64,000 nucleotides of DNA from Candidatus Didemnitutus sp. (GTDB lineage: Bacteria > Verrucomicrobiota > Verrucomicrobiia > Opitutales > Opitutaceae): assembly GCA_030681265.1 (NCBI GenBank), contig JAUXXD010000201.1, positions 7,870 to 71,869 of the forward strand, read 5' to 3'. The position numbers and the translations under genes were made by a program. Below the pieces are notes generated by a model, which made no database searches, was not told the DNA's origin, and was given only the letters and a program-made list of their open reading frames with translations. This document shows, one piece after another, positions 27,914-38,457 of the stretch (position 1 is its first letter; every line of letters begins with the position of its first letter).

Positions 27914-29458
27914 TTAGTTTCCGAGGAAGAGTGGCGCGCCCGGGCCCATGGGGAGGCCGAAGGTTATCCAGCCGATCAGCACCAGTGTCCACACGACCAT
28001 AAACGCGATCGAGTAGGGTAGCATGGTCGCGATGAGCGTGCCGATGCCGGCCTTCGGGTCGTATTTGTGGATGAACGTCAGGATGAGCGGGAAGTAGCTC
28101 ATCAGCGGTGTGATGATGTTCGTCACACTGTCGCCGACGCGAAACGCGCCTTGCACCAACTCCGGCGAGTAACCGAGAATCATGAACATCGGCACGAACA
28201 CCGGCGCGAGCAGCGCCCACTTGGCCGATGCGCTCGAAATCAGAATGTTCACAATGCTGGCGAAGATCAGCACTGCGATCATCAGCAAAATCGGCATGTC
28301 TTGCAGGCCGAGTTTTTGAATAAAACCAGCGCCGCTCACGGCGGTGATGATGCCGAGATTCGTCCAGTTGAAATACGAGATGAACTGCGCCGCGAAGAAC
28401 GCTAACACGATGAACGACGCCATCGAGCGCATCGTCTTTGTCATGCCGTCGGCGATGTGGTGGTCGTTGCGAATCGTGCCTGCGGCGACGCCGTAGGCGA
28501 TGCCGGGCAGCAAACCGTAGAGGAAAATAAACGTCACCAACCCGCGCATAAATATCGAGTCCTTGAAATCGGGCCGCGCCGGATCGATCAGGAAACCATC
28601 CTTCGGCAACACGCCCCACAACACGACGGCCGTCAGCGCCACCGTGACTGCCGTTGCGGCCCAGAGACCGCGTTTTTCCGCAGCGGAGAGAGGCTTCAAC
28701 TCCTCGCGCGGTGCATCGCCTTTGTATTCACCGAGGCGCGGCGCGACGATTTTTTCGGTCACCCAAGTGCCGGCCGCCGTGATAACGAACGCCGAGACGA
28801 ACATGAAGTAGTAATTCGCCGTCGCCGCGACCTTGTAGTTGGGATCGACGATATGCGCGGCGGCTTCCGTCAGGCCCGCGAGGAGCACGTCCACTGAACC
28901 GACAAGCAAGTTGGCACTGTAACCGCCGGAGACACCGGCGAAGGCGGCCGCGAGACCGAGCAGCGGATGCCGCCCGAGCGCGTGGTAGAGCGCGGCGGCG
29001 AGCGGCGTGAGCAACACGTAGCCGACTTCACTGCCGGCGTTGGACATCACGGCGGCGAAAATCACCATCGGCGTGATCAACTTGCGTGGCGACGCGAGCA
29101 CCACTAGCCGCAGCATGGCACCCATCAGGCCGGCATATTCCGCGATACCGATACCGAGCAAACACATCAACGAAATGCCTAGCGGCGGGTAGGCGAGGAA
29201 GTTGCGCGTCGCTTCCAGAATCATCCGGTGCAGACCTTCGACGGAGAACAGGTTGACCACCGTGACGACTTTCTGCGTCGCGGGATTCGTTACTGAAACA
29301 CCGATGGAGTGCATCACGCCCGAAAGCACCACGACGACAACCGCGAGGATGGCGAAAAGCGTGGCGGGATTCGGGAGTGCGTTGCCGGCGCGTTCCACGC
29401 CATCAAGGAAACTCCTAAGCAAAGGGCTGCGTTGAGTGGTTGCAGTGGGGGAACTCAT
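27914..29458 (-). CDS. abgT: AbgT family transporter, paralog 2
   Basis: VERAGNALPNPATLF, AAFAGVSGGYSANL, SASAKWALLAPVFVPM, FRVGDSVTNIITP. Confidence 0.9.
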   Translation of the reverse strand: MSSPTATTQRSPLLRSFLDGVERAGNALPNPATLFAILAVVVVVLSGVMHSIGVSVTNPATQKVVTVVNLFSVEGLHRMILEATRNFLAYPPLGISLMCLLGIGIAEYAGLMGAMLRLVVLASPRKLITPMVIFAAVMSNAGSEVGYVLLTPLAAALYHALGRHPLLGLAAAFAGVSGGYSANLLVGSVDVLLAGLTEAAAHIVDPNYKVAATANYYFMFVSAFVITAAGTWVTEKIVAPRLGEYKGDAPREELKPLSAAEKRGLWAATAVTVALTAVVLWGVLPKDGFLIDPARPDFKDSIFMRGLVTFIFLYGLLPGIAYGVAAGTIRNDHHIADGMTKTMRSMASFIVLAFFAAQFISYFNWTNLGIITAVSGAGFIQKLGLQDMPILLMIAVLIFASIVNILISSASAKWALLAPVFVPMFMILGYSPELVQGAFRVGDSVTNIITPLMSYFPLILTFIHKYDPKAGIGTLIATMLPYSIAFMVVWTLVLIGWITFGLPMGPGAPLFLGN

Positions 29459-29476
29459 GGGAAGGTGACGAAGAAA

Positions 29477-31039
29477 TTACGGAGTTAAAAACAGCGGCGC
29501 GCCGGGGCCCATTGGAATTCCGAGCCAGATCCAGCCGATCAGCATCAGCGTCCACGCAATCATGAACGCGATCGAGTAGGGCATCATCGTGGCAATCATC
29601 GTGCCGATGCCCGTGTTGGGAACATAGCGGGCGGCGAAGGTGAGAATCAGCGGAAAATAGTTCATCAGCGGCGTGATGATGTTGGTGCAACTATCGCCCA
29701 CGCGATACGCGCCCTGCACAAGTTCGGGCGAGTAGCCGAGGAGCATAAACATCGGCACGAAGATCGGCGCGAGTAACGCCCACTTCGCCGACGCACTGCC
29801 GATCACGAGATTCACAAAGCCGGTGAAAAACACCAACGACACCATCAGGAGAATCGGGCTGTCCTGCAGGTTGAACGACTTGATCGTTTCCGCGCCTTTG
29901 ACAGCGAGCACCGTGCCGAGATTCGTCCAGTTGAAATAGGCGAGAAACTGCGCCGCGAAGAACGCCATCACGATGTAGGCGGCCATCGTGGAAATCGATT
30001 GGTCCATGCCGTGCACGACGTCGTTGTCATTCTTGAGCGTCCGCGCGCCAATGCCGTAAGCCAGACCGGAGACGAGACCGTAGAGGAAGATGAAGAAAAT
30101 CATCCCGCGCATCAGGTAGGAATTGAGCATCCGCTCACCGAGCAACGCCTGCGGGCGTGTCGCATCCGTCAGCCAACTGCCTTCCGGCAGCACGCCCCAC
30201 AAGATGACGCCGGTCAAACCGAGCACCGCCGCAACCGTCATCCAGAGGCCGCGTTTTTCGTTGGCGCTGAGCGGCACGATTTCCTCGCGCTTGGCGTCGC
30301 CCGTGTAAGGGCCGAGGCGTGGCTCGACGATTTTCTCGGTTACCCACGTGCCGACGATCGTCACGAGAAACGTCGCCGCGATGAGGAAGAACCAGTTCGC
30401 CGTCGGTTGCACCACTGTGCCGGGTCGAGCGACACCGGCCGCCGCTTGCGTGAGACCGGCGAGAATCACATCGATCGAACCGAGCACGAGATTCGCACTG
30501 AATCCACCCGATACGCCCGCGAATGCCGCCGCCAGACCCGCGAGCGGATGGCGTCCTGCGGCGTGGAAAATCGCCGCGCCAAGGGGAATGAACAACACGT
30601 AGCCGACATCCGCGCCCGAGTGCGACAGGATGCCGCCGAAAATCACGATCGACGTCAGCCAGCGTTTCGGCGCGGACAACACGATCAGGCGCAACCCTGC
30701 GGTGATCAGTCCGGAACGTTCCGCGACCGCGATACCGACCAAGCACGCCAACACGGTGCCGAGCGGCGGGAAGTTGATGAAGTTTGGCACCACGCTCGTG
30801 ATCATCCGCTGAAAGCCTTCGACCGAGAGCAGGTTGACCACCGCGATGGTTTGCCCGGTTGCCGGATGGATCACTTGCACGCCCATGCGGCTGAAGATCC
30901 ACGAGCAGAGCACGACGACGCCCGCGAGCAGCGCGAAGAGGGTGGAGGGGTTGGGGAGAGTGTTGCCGACTTTTTCGATCAACGAAAGGAACCGCTGAAA
31001 CATCGTGCGGCTCCCGACAGGGGTGGGGACGGAACTCAT
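29477..31039 (-). CDS. abgT: AbgT family transporter, paralog 1
   Basis: IEKVGNTLPNPSTLF, AAFAGVSGGFSANL, YRVGDSCTNIITP; start codon uncertain. Confidence 0.9.
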   Translation of the reverse strand: MSSVPTPVGSRTMFQRFLSLIEKVGNTLPNPSTLFALLAGVVVLCSWIFSRMGVQVIHPATGQTIAVVNLLSVEGFQRMITSVVPNFINFPPLGTVLACLVGIAVAERSGLITAGLRLIVLSAPKRWLTSIVIFGGILSHSGADVGYVLFIPLGAAIFHAAGRHPLAGLAAAFAGVSGGFSANLVLGSIDVILAGLTQAAAGVARPGTVVQPTANWFFLIAATFLVTIVGTWVTEKIVEPRLGPYTGDAKREEIVPLSANEKRGLWMTVAAVLGLTGVILWGVLPEGSWLTDATRPQALLGERMLNSYLMRGMIFFIFLYGLVSGLAYGIGARTLKNDNDVVHGMDQSISTMAAYIVMAFFAAQFLAYFNWTNLGTVLAVKGAETIKSFNLQDSPILLMVSLVFFTGFVNLVIGSASAKWALLAPIFVPMFMLLGYSPELVQGAYRVGDSCTNIITPLMNYFPLILTFAARYVPNTGIGTMIATMMPYSIAFMIAWTLMLIGWIWLGIPMGPGAPLFLTP

Positions 31040-31097
31040 GCGCCGATGCAAGCGGGGCGGCTTGCGACGTCAATTCCCTCTGTGCCCGAATGGTCGA

Positions 31098-31361
31098 TTA
31101 AAACGTCGCGAGCGCATTCGCGCTCTCGATCACGATCCATGCCGCCGCAAAAGCGGTCGCCCACATCAGCACACCTTTTGCTGCGCGGCGGCGACGCAAG
31201 CTGCGCTCATAAGTATCCACCGTGTGCGTGCGGTATCCGCTCGATTCCAGAAAACTGGCAAACTGCGCCCGCCGGGTGCGCGCCGTGCGGAGGCGCCGGT
31301 CGAGCCGTTGGGTTCGCCGGGACGTGAAAAAGGCCGAAATTTTTTGCAAGAGACGCCGCAC
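31098..31361 (-). CDS. Small hypothetical protein, basic N-terminus and C-terminal TM helix
   Basis: GTG start, Arg-rich, then VLMWATAFAAAWIVIES; fills the gap between abgT and lysA. Confidence 0.5.
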   Translation of the reverse strand: MRRLLQKISAFFTSRRTQRLDRRLRTARTRRAQFASFLESSGYRTHTVDTYERSLRRRRAAKGVLMWATAFAAAWIVIESANALATF

Positions 31362-31437
31362 GACTGCACCGTTTGGAAAATCACGCTTTCGTTCAAGGGC
31401 TTTCTCGGTATTTCCGTTCTTTCACCCACATATTTCC

Positions 31438-32745
31438 ATGCACCAGTTCTCTTACGTCGGAAACAAACTCCATTGCGAAGGCGTTGACCTCGCCGAAGTC
31501 GCCGCGCTCCACGGTTCGCCGACCTACGTTTACAGCGCCGCCACGATTGCGGACAACTACCGCCGCCTCGCCGCGAGCCTGAGCGGTCTCGACCTGCGCA
31601 TTTGCTACGCCAACAAGGCCAACTCCAACCTCGCCGTGCTGCGCCACTTCGCGAACCTCGGCGCGGCGTTCGACCTCGTCAGCGCAGGCGAACTCCAGCG
31701 CGTCGTCGCCGCGGGCGGTCGTGCACAAGACAGTGTCTTTGCCGGCGTCGGCAAAACCGAAGCGGAAATCAAAATGGCGCTCGAAGCCGGCGTTTACGGT
31801 TTCCACGTGGAAAGCGAACCGGAGTTGGAGCGCATCAACCACGTCGCCGGCCGCCTCGGTATGCGCGCGCCGATCGCCATCCGCATCAATCCTGACGTCG
31901 ACGCCAAGACGCACGCCAAGATCACGACCGGCAAGAGCGAGAATAAATTCGGCATTCCGCTCAAAGTCGCCGCCGCCGCCTACGCCGCCGCCGCGAAGCT
32001 CCCGCATCTCGAAATTCGCGGCGTGCAAATGCACATCGGCTCCCAGCTCACCACCGTCGCCCCGTTCGTCGAAGCGGTAAAAAAAGTGCTGCCCTTCGTC
32101 CTCGAACTGAAGGCGACCTACGGCATCCAGTATTTCAGCGTCGGTGGCGGCATCGGGATCGTCTACGAAGACGCGTTGGCCAGCGGCGCGCAGGCATGGT
32201 GGGACGGCAAAGCGGAAGGCGAGCGCCCGCTGACGCCCGAAGTTTACGGCGCAACCTTGCAACCGTTGCTCGCCCCGCTCGGCCTCAAGATTCTGCTCGA
32301 ACCCGGCCGCTTCCTCGTCGGCAACGCCGGCGTGCTTGTCTCGCGGGTCGAATACCTCAAGCGCGGCAGCGGGCGCAATTTCATCATTCTCGACGCCGCG
32401 ATGAACGACCTCGTGCGCCCCGCGATGTATGAAGCCTACCACGAAATCGTGCCGCTCGCGCGCGACTCCGCTCGCCCCGCGCTCGTCGCCGACATCGTCG
32501 GCCCCGTGTGCGAAAGCGGCGACTGCTTCGCCAAGGCGCGCACGTTGCAGGAAGTCCGCGAAGGCGAGTTCGTGGCCTTCATGAGCGCCGGCGCCTACGG
32601 TTACACGATGGCGAGCCGCTACAACACCCGCGCGCTCCCCGCCGAAGTGCTCGTCTCCGGCAACCGATTCGAGCTGGTCAACACACGCGAGTCGTTCGAA
32701 GCTATGGTCGCGAGCGAACGCATCCCCAGCTTCCTCAAATCTTAA
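31438..32745 (+). CDS. lysA: Diaminopimelate decarboxylase
   Basis: YANKAN PLP lysine motif, HIGSQ, EPGR, GPVCESGD, GAYG..MASRYN. Confidence 0.95.
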   Translation: MHQFSYVGNKLHCEGVDLAEVAALHGSPTYVYSAATIADNYRRLAASLSGLDLRICYANKANSNLAVLRHFANLGAAFDLVSAGELQRVVAAGGRAQDSVFAGVGKTEAEIKMALEAGVYGFHVESEPELERINHVAGRLGMRAPIAIRINPDVDAKTHAKITTGKSENKFGIPLKVAAAAYAAAAKLPHLEIRGVQMHIGSQLTTVAPFVEAVKKVLPFVLELKATYGIQYFSVGGGIGIVYEDALASGAQAWWDGKAEGERPLTPEVYGATLQPLLAPLGLKILLEPGRFLVGNAGVLVSRVEYLKRGSGRNFIILDAAMNDLVRPAMYEAYHEIVPLARDSARPALVADIVGPVCESGDCFAKARTLQEVREGEFVAFMSAGAYGYTMASRYNTRALPAEVLVSGNRFELVNTRESFEAMVASERIPSFLKS

Positions 32746-32760
32746 CCTCTACTACTTCCC

Positions 32761-33804
32761 TTGGCTGACGAGTCTTCCGTGAGATTTGCCGTGATCGGCG
32801 CCGGTGCGTGGGGCACCGCCTTCGCGACTCATCTCGCGCGACGTGGCCAACCGACCACGCTCGTCACGCGTCGCCCTGAGCACGCGTTGGCGATGCAGCA
32901 AGCGCGCGAAAATCGCGATTACCTCGCGGGCATCGCGCTACCGGAAAACCTGCTCCTCACCGCCGACCTCGCTGCCGCGTTGCGCGACGCCGACGTAGTG
33001 TTGATCGCGAGTCCGTCCCACGCGTTGCGCCAATGGTGCGAGCAGATTCGCGACGCGTTGAGCGCCACGAGTCCGTTGCAACTCGTCATCAGTCTGGTCA
33101 AAGGCATCGAAAACGTCACTCACCTGCGCCCCAGCCAAGTGATGGCCGACGTGCTCCCGGGCCGCAATGTCGCCACGCTCACCGGCCCGACCAACGCCGC
33201 CGAAGTCGCCCGCGGCCTGCCCGCCGCCATGGTGCTAGCCGCCGCCGAAACCAACGCCTTCGTCGATCGCGTCCAAGCCGCCATCAGCAGCGCCACGCTG
33301 CGTCTTTACACGAGCGACGATTTGCCGGGCGCGGAATACGGTGCGTGCTTGAAAAACATCTACGCCATCGCCGCCGGACTGTGCGACGGGCAGAAACTCG
33401 GCGACAACACCCGCGCCGCGCTCCTCACCCGCGCGCTCAGCGAAATGGTGCGCGTCGGCGAAGCCCTCGGCGCGCAACGCGAAACCTTTTACGGCCTAAG
33501 CGGCTTCGGCGATCTCGTGGCGACGTGCCACGGCCAGTGGAGCCGCAACCGCGAGTTTGGCCAATTCATCGGCGAAGGCCGCACCGTCGCCGAACTGATG
33601 GCCGACCGCATCACCGTCGTCGAAGGCTACCGCTCGACGAAGGCGTTCCACCATCTCTGCGACCAGAAATCCATCACCGCGCCGATCCTCGCCGAAGTTT
33701 ACGCGATTCTCTACGAGGAGAAGAAACCTGCCGCCGCGTTGCACGCGCTGATGACGCGCGAGCTGAAACGCGAATCCGGCGAGCCGAGTTCCGGCGGGCG
33801 CTAA
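32761..33804 (+). CDS. gpsA: NAD(P)H-dependent glycerol-3-phosphate dehydrogenase
   Basis: GAGAWGTA, LKNIYAIAAG, GLSGFGDLVATC, SRNR. Confidence 0.95.
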   Translation: MADESSVRFAVIGAGAWGTAFATHLARRGQPTTLVTRRPEHALAMQQARENRDYLAGIALPENLLLTADLAAALRDADVVLIASPSHALRQWCEQIRDALSATSPLQLVISLVKGIENVTHLRPSQVMADVLPGRNVATLTGPTNAAEVARGLPAAMVLAAAETNAFVDRVQAAISSATLRLYTSDDLPGAEYGACLKNIYAIAAGLCDGQKLGDNTRAALLTRALSEMVRVGEALGAQRETFYGLSGFGDLVATCHGQWSRNREFGQFIGEGRTVAELMADRITVVEGYRSTKAFHHLCDQKSITAPILAEVYAILYEEKKPAAALHALMTRELKRESGEPSSGGR

Positions 33805-33816
33805 CGGAGTCCCGCC

Positions 33817-34974
33817 ATGCGCGTGTTGCTCGCTTTCGATAAATTCAAGGATGCGCTGACGGCGCAGGCTGCTGTTGTCGTCGCTGCTGACGCTGTGCGT
33901 GCCGCGCAGCCCGACTGGACGATTGATGCGTGTCCGCTCGCCGACGGCGGCGAAGGCATGGCGGAAATTCTCACGCGCAGCGCGCAAGGCGAATGGCGCG
34001 AACACACCGTCACCGGCCCGCGCGGCGCACCGGTCAAAGCCGGTTTGGGTTTGGTCGCGGTAAAAAACATTTCCGCCGCAGCTCGCGCGATGCTGGGTTT
34101 GGCTTCTGCGACCGAAGGCAACGTCGCCGTGCTCGCGATGGCTTCCGCCAGCGGTCTCGCGCTGTTGACTCCTGACCAACGCGACCCGTGGCACACGACT
34201 TCGCGCGGCACCGGCGAACTCATCCAGGCTGCCGCGGCGACCGGCGCGGTCGCGATTATTGTGGGTGTCGGCGGCAGTGCGACGCACGACGTTGGCCTCG
34301 GCGCGCTCTCCGTGCTCGGTTTAACTTTTCATCCAACAGAAGGTGCCGCGATTGCGTCGCCCGTTCCCGCGACGTGGGCCTCGCTCGCTCGCGTGTCCGG
34401 AAAAATCCAACCCGATTTGCCGCCGCTCTTTGTCGCGTGCGATGTGACGAATCCGCTGATGGGAACTTTCGGCGCCGCGTCGGTGTTCGCGCCGCAGAAA
34501 GGATTGCTCGAGGAGGATTTCACGCGCCTCGAATACATGACCGGACGCATGGCCGCGTTGCTTGCGGGGCACGCGGGCAAGCCGCCGCTCTTGTGCGATA
34601 CGCCCAGTGCTGGTGCCGCGGGCGGGTTGGCATTCGGTTTGATGTGCTCCGCCAATGCGAGTCTCGTGCGCGGCTTCGACCTCGTGGCGGCGTGGCTCGA
34701 CTTGGACCAACGCATCGCAGCGGCGGATTTGGTTTTCACTGGTGAAGGTTGCTTCGACGCCACGTCGCTCGAAGGCAAAGGCCCGGGCGGCATCGTGGCC
34801 CGCGCGCGCGCGGCCGGCAAACCGGTGCACGTCTTTGCGGGGTCAGTGCAAACCGCCGCGGACGGCGTTGATCTGCACACGATCACGCCGGAGGGGCAGG
34901 CACTGCCGGCTGCGCTGACGCAAGCGGCCGCCAACCTCCGCCGCGCCGTGCGTGCCGCGGTGGCATCGGCTTAG
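33817..34974 (+). CDS. glxK: Glycerate kinase
   Basis: DKFKDAL, PLADGGEG, GGSATHD, FAPQKG, TGEG. Confidence 0.9.
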   Translation: MRVLLAFDKFKDALTAQAAVVVAADAVRAAQPDWTIDACPLADGGEGMAEILTRSAQGEWREHTVTGPRGAPVKAGLGLVAVKNISAAARAMLGLASATEGNVAVLAMASASGLALLTPDQRDPWHTTSRGTGELIQAAAATGAVAIIVGVGGSATHDVGLGALSVLGLTFHPTEGAAIASPVPATWASLARVSGKIQPDLPPLFVACDVTNPLMGTFGAASVFAPQKGLLEEDFTRLEYMTGRMAALLAGHAGKPPLLCDTPSAGAAGGLAFGLMCSANASLVRGFDLVAAWLDLDQRIAAADLVFTGEGCFDATSLEGKGPGGIVARARAAGKPVHVFAGSVQTAADGVDLHTITPEGQALPAALTQAAANLRRAVRAAVASA

Positions 34975-34980
34975 TCCGAC

Positions 34981-36813
34981 TCAGGTGAGGCAGCTCGCGA
35001 AGCGTGGTTGCGCGGCGGCGTGGCGGCGGTGCACATCGAGATAGGTTTCGTCAACCATCCGGTCGATCGCTTCGGCTTGCATGAACTTCTTGCTGAAGTT
35101 CGGTTTGTCGGTGTCGAGCGAGTTGCGCACAGCGGTGAGAAAATCACCGATGAGTTCACGCGGCGATTCGTCGCCCACGGCGATGCGGATGGTGGTCGGT
35201 GTGATGCCGGCGTCCTTGAGCGCGGCTTCGCTCAATTCCGAGTGCGACGTGAGCGCGGGGCAGAGCACGAGCGTGTTGCTCTGGCCGAGCGAAACCATGT
35301 GGCCGAACATCGGTGCGAGCGAATCGAAGAAACGCGCCAGCGTGACGCGGGAGATTTTGGCCTTCTCGAAATTGATCGTGAAAAGCGGCGCGGGCAGTTC
35401 GAGGTAGGAGAGGCGTTGGGAGATGGCGGCGTTGGGATCGCCGGGGTTGGCTGGGCCGGTGACGGTGATGTGCGGGTGCGACGCGAGCCAGCGCGCGAAG
35501 ACGAGCGTGTTGATGCATTTCTTCAACATGCGCTCTTCGAGCGTCTTCATGCCGGTGAGCACTTCGAAGGCTTTGTCGGAATCGAGAAACGCACCTTTGA
35601 TATAATAGACGTTCCAAAACATCGTGTCGTGCCAGCTCTTGCCGCTCGGACTGTGATCGCCCTTGGGAATGAACATGTCTTCGTTGCGACCGATGACGAC
35701 GCCCGCCGTCGTGGTGCCGTGGCCGGTGAGATCCTTCGTGTAACTGTGGATGATGTAGTCGGGGCGGCAGACCGCTTCGGGATGTTGCAATGGGCGGACG
35801 AGAAAGGGAGTGCCGACGGTCGAATCGCAAAGCACCGTGAGTCCGTCCGCGTGCGCGGCGCGGCAGATTTCCGGCACGTCGAGGAACACGCCGTGCGGGT
35901 TGCACGGACTTTCTAAGTAAACGTAGACGCGGCGACCCGCGGCAAGGCGGTCGGCGTATTTTTTCTTGGCGGTGGAGAGTGCCTTCTTGAAGGCTTCCGC
36001 GGTGTCGCCGTCGAAGAAGACTACGCCCGCGTCGAGGTTGGAGTGTTTGCCGAACCAATCGTGGATGAGTTGGTAGGCACCGCCGTAGATGTTGCGCGAC
36101 GAGAGGATGACGTCCTGGTAACCGACGAGGTGCGACAACGCGCCGTCGATCGCGCCCATGCCGGAATTAAAATTCCACGCCATGTAATCGCTCGCCTGCT
36201 GGCCGCACTCGATGTCAACGATGTGATTGGCGAGGGAGATCGACGTCGGGTTCATCAACCGCGAGTAGATCTCGTGGAGAAATTCCTTCCCCTGAAACGC
36301 GTCGTCGATCCACTCGGAGCAGGCGTAAAGGTAGGTCGCGGTGCGCGTGATGACGGGGTTGGCGGAGAAGATCGCGGTGACGTTGTCGAAGATCGGGTAA
36401 GGCCCCTTGGCCAGCATCGTCGAATTCGAGTAGCGCAGCGACTGGTGCGTTTTGCGCGACGGATTTTGCAACGTATCGAGCAGTTTCGCCAATTGGAACG
36501 AGAGGAATTTTTTCGCATTGAACAACGCGAGGCGATCCTGCCGAGGCAAGTGCGCGAGTTCGCGCGTCGTGGCTTCCCACAACGCCATCAAGTCACCGTG
36601 CGAGCCGTAGAGTTTTTCCGCGAGCGCGAGCAAGGGGCGGCCGACCGGACTCTGGGGGTCGATCGAGAAATGCTGCAGTTGCTCCAGCGCGAGTTCGTTG
36701 ACCGTGGTGGCTTGCGTGGTCTTGCGGCGCGGCGAAAGCACTTTGGCGGCCGGCGGGAGGCGCCGACCGGTATTAAGAGAAGGCGATTTCTGGGACGATG
36801 CTGGGGGACGCAT
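34981..36813 (-). CDS. PLP-dependent Cys/Met metabolism (trans-sulfuration family) enzyme with long N-terminal extension
   Basis: YSRLMNP, SGMGAI, YGG, ESPCNP, DSTVGTP, HSYTKDLTGHG; start uncertain (36813 or 36876). Confidence 0.8.
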   Translation of the reverse strand: MRPPASSQKSPSLNTGRRLPPAAKVLSPRRKTTQATTVNELALEQLQHFSIDPQSPVGRPLLALAEKLYGSHGDLMALWEATTRELAHLPRQDRLALFNAKKFLSFQLAKLLDTLQNPSRKTHQSLRYSNSTMLAKGPYPIFDNVTAIFSANPVITRTATYLYACSEWIDDAFQGKEFLHEIYSRLMNPTSISLANHIVDIECGQQASDYMAWNFNSGMGAIDGALSHLVGYQDVILSSRNIYGGAYQLIHDWFGKHSNLDAGVVFFDGDTAEAFKKALSTAKKKYADRLAAGRRVYVYLESPCNPHGVFLDVPEICRAAHADGLTVLCDSTVGTPFLVRPLQHPEAVCRPDYIIHSYTKDLTGHGTTTAGVVIGRNEDMFIPKGDHSPSGKSWHDTMFWNVYYIKGAFLDSDKAFEVLTGMKTLEERMLKKCINTLVFARWLASHPHITVTGPANPGDPNAAISQRLSYLELPAPLFTINFEKAKISRVTLARFFDSLAPMFGHMVSLGQSNTLVLCPALTSHSELSEAALKDAGITPTTIRIAVGDESPRELIGDFLTAVRNSLDTDKPNFSKKFMQAEAIDRMVDETYLDVHRRHAAAQPRFASCLT

Positions 36814-36915
36814 AATGGCAAATTTGAGAGGAGTTATGACACGGCGCAAGCGGCGTTGGTTTTTCCGGCTCGTCACAATGAACGGTAATAGCGAAGGATG
36901 GGCGCGGTGATACCG

Positions 36916-37917
36916 ATGAATTTAGAACGAGCCCGGCGTTTGCTTTGCCGCTTGCAAGACGAGATCCGCGTCACGGTGACTGCGGCGCGGCGGCAGGGCG
37001 CGGCGAAGTTGAGTCGCGTGGCGGGCGTGACGTCGGCGGACACGATTTACGGCGTCGACCGTATTTCCGAACGCGTGGTGTTGGCGTGGCTGGAGAAACA
37101 CTGGCCGCGCGCGTGGGCGTTGGAAGTGGTGATGGAGGGCATCGCCGACGGCGAGGTGGTGACGTTTCCGCACGGCACGTCCGTTGCGCAGACGCAGTGG
37201 AAACTCATCCTTGATCCAATCGATGGCACGCGCGGCTTGATGTATGATAAACGCAGCGCGTGGAGTCTCGCGGCGTTGGCGCCGCAACGCGGTGCGCGCA
37301 ACACGCTCGCGGATATTCAGGTGGCGGCGATGACGGAACTGCCGACGAGCAAGCTCGGCGTAGTGGATCAATTGAGTGCGGTGCGCGGTGTGGGCGTGAA
37401 AGCGACGCGACTCGTGTTGCATTCGAGTCGGCGGCAGGCGTTGCGCCTCGCGCCTTCGACCGCGAAGGACGTGACGCATGGTTTTGCGTCGTTCGCCAAG
37501 TTTTTGCCGGAGGGCAAAGCGTGGTTGGCGGAACGTGAGGAGGGGCTGTGGCAGAAACTCGGTTGGAGTGGGGCGAAGGGCGGGCAGCCGATTTTCGACG
37601 ACCAATACATCAGCACCGGCGGACAACTTTACGAATTGCTGATGGGCCACGATCGCTTCGTGGCGGATCTGCGGCCATTTGCTTATGCGCAGTTGGGCTT
37701 GGGTGAGTCTACGCCGCTGGCGTGCCACCCTTACGATATTTGCACCGCGCTGATTGCGCAGGAGGCGGGTTGCGTGGTGGTGGGCGCGGACGGCAAACCG
37801 CTGCGCGCGCCACTCGATACGACGACGTCAGTTGCGTGGGTTGGCTATGCCAACAAAGCGTTGGCGCGGAAGATCGGACCGGCGTTGCGCGAAGTGCTTG
37901 AACTAGATTCCTGCTGA
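36916..37917 (+). CDS. Inositol monophosphatase family protein
   Basis: ILDPIDGT motif, HPYDICTA..IAQEAG. Confidence 0.8.
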   Translation: MNLERARRLLCRLQDEIRVTVTAARRQGAAKLSRVAGVTSADTIYGVDRISERVVLAWLEKHWPRAWALEVVMEGIADGEVVTFPHGTSVAQTQWKLILDPIDGTRGLMYDKRSAWSLAALAPQRGARNTLADIQVAAMTELPTSKLGVVDQLSAVRGVGVKATRLVLHSSRRQALRLAPSTAKDVTHGFASFAKFLPEGKAWLAEREEGLWQKLGWSGAKGGQPIFDDQYISTGGQLYELLMGHDRFVADLRPFAYAQLGLGESTPLACHPYDICTALIAQEAGCVVVGADGKPLRAPLDTTTSVAWVGYANKALARKIGPALREVLELDSC

Positions 37918-37948
37918 GCGGCGCGCTGGGGCCGCTCGCGAAAGTGGC

Positions 37949-38401
37949 TTAGTTCTTCGCCTGTTCGATCACACTGACTTTACCATTTTCGAAGAGCACG
38001 CGGATGCGTTCCTCAACTTCCGGCCGGTAACTGTCGGCATAAACCGGCAAGAAGGTGACGCGGTAATTGTTGGTTGCTGGATCGAAAAGAACCCGACGCT
38101 GATAACCCATGAAGCGCGTGCCGTCGTAACGTTCGAAGTAGGTGTTGTAGACCCACGCGGTGGAAAGCCCGCTCGCCGAGCGCACGTCCCGTTTCGAATC
38201 GGGCGCGCCGAGCGCGAGGTAAACCATGTCTTCGGTGTATCCGAGATCGATCGTGCCCTGGCGGATTTTTTCCTGCGTTGCGGCATCGAGGTTGGCGAAG
38301 ACTTCGGGTTTTTGCTTGATGCGCGAATCGACGTTTTGACAACCGAGAGTAAACAGTGCGCCGGCGGCGGCGACGAGGGCGAGGAGGATGCGGGTGTTCA
38401 T
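37949..38401 (-). CDS. Lipoprotein, BamE/SmpA-like fold possible
   Basis: Lipobox FTLGC; GYTEDMVYLALGAP; VLFENGKV. Confidence 0.7.
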   Translation of the reverse strand: MNTRILLALVAAAGALFTLGCQNVDSRIKQKPEVFANLDAATQEKIRQGTIDLGYTEDMVYLALGAPDSKRDVRSASGLSTAWVYNTYFERYDGTRFMGYQRRVLFDPATNNYRVTFLPVYADSYRPEVEERIRVLFENGKVSVIEQAKN

Positions 38402-38457
38402 GGTGAAAGGTGGGACGTCCACACGCTACTCAGGTTCCGCGCAAAGGCGAGGGGCGT

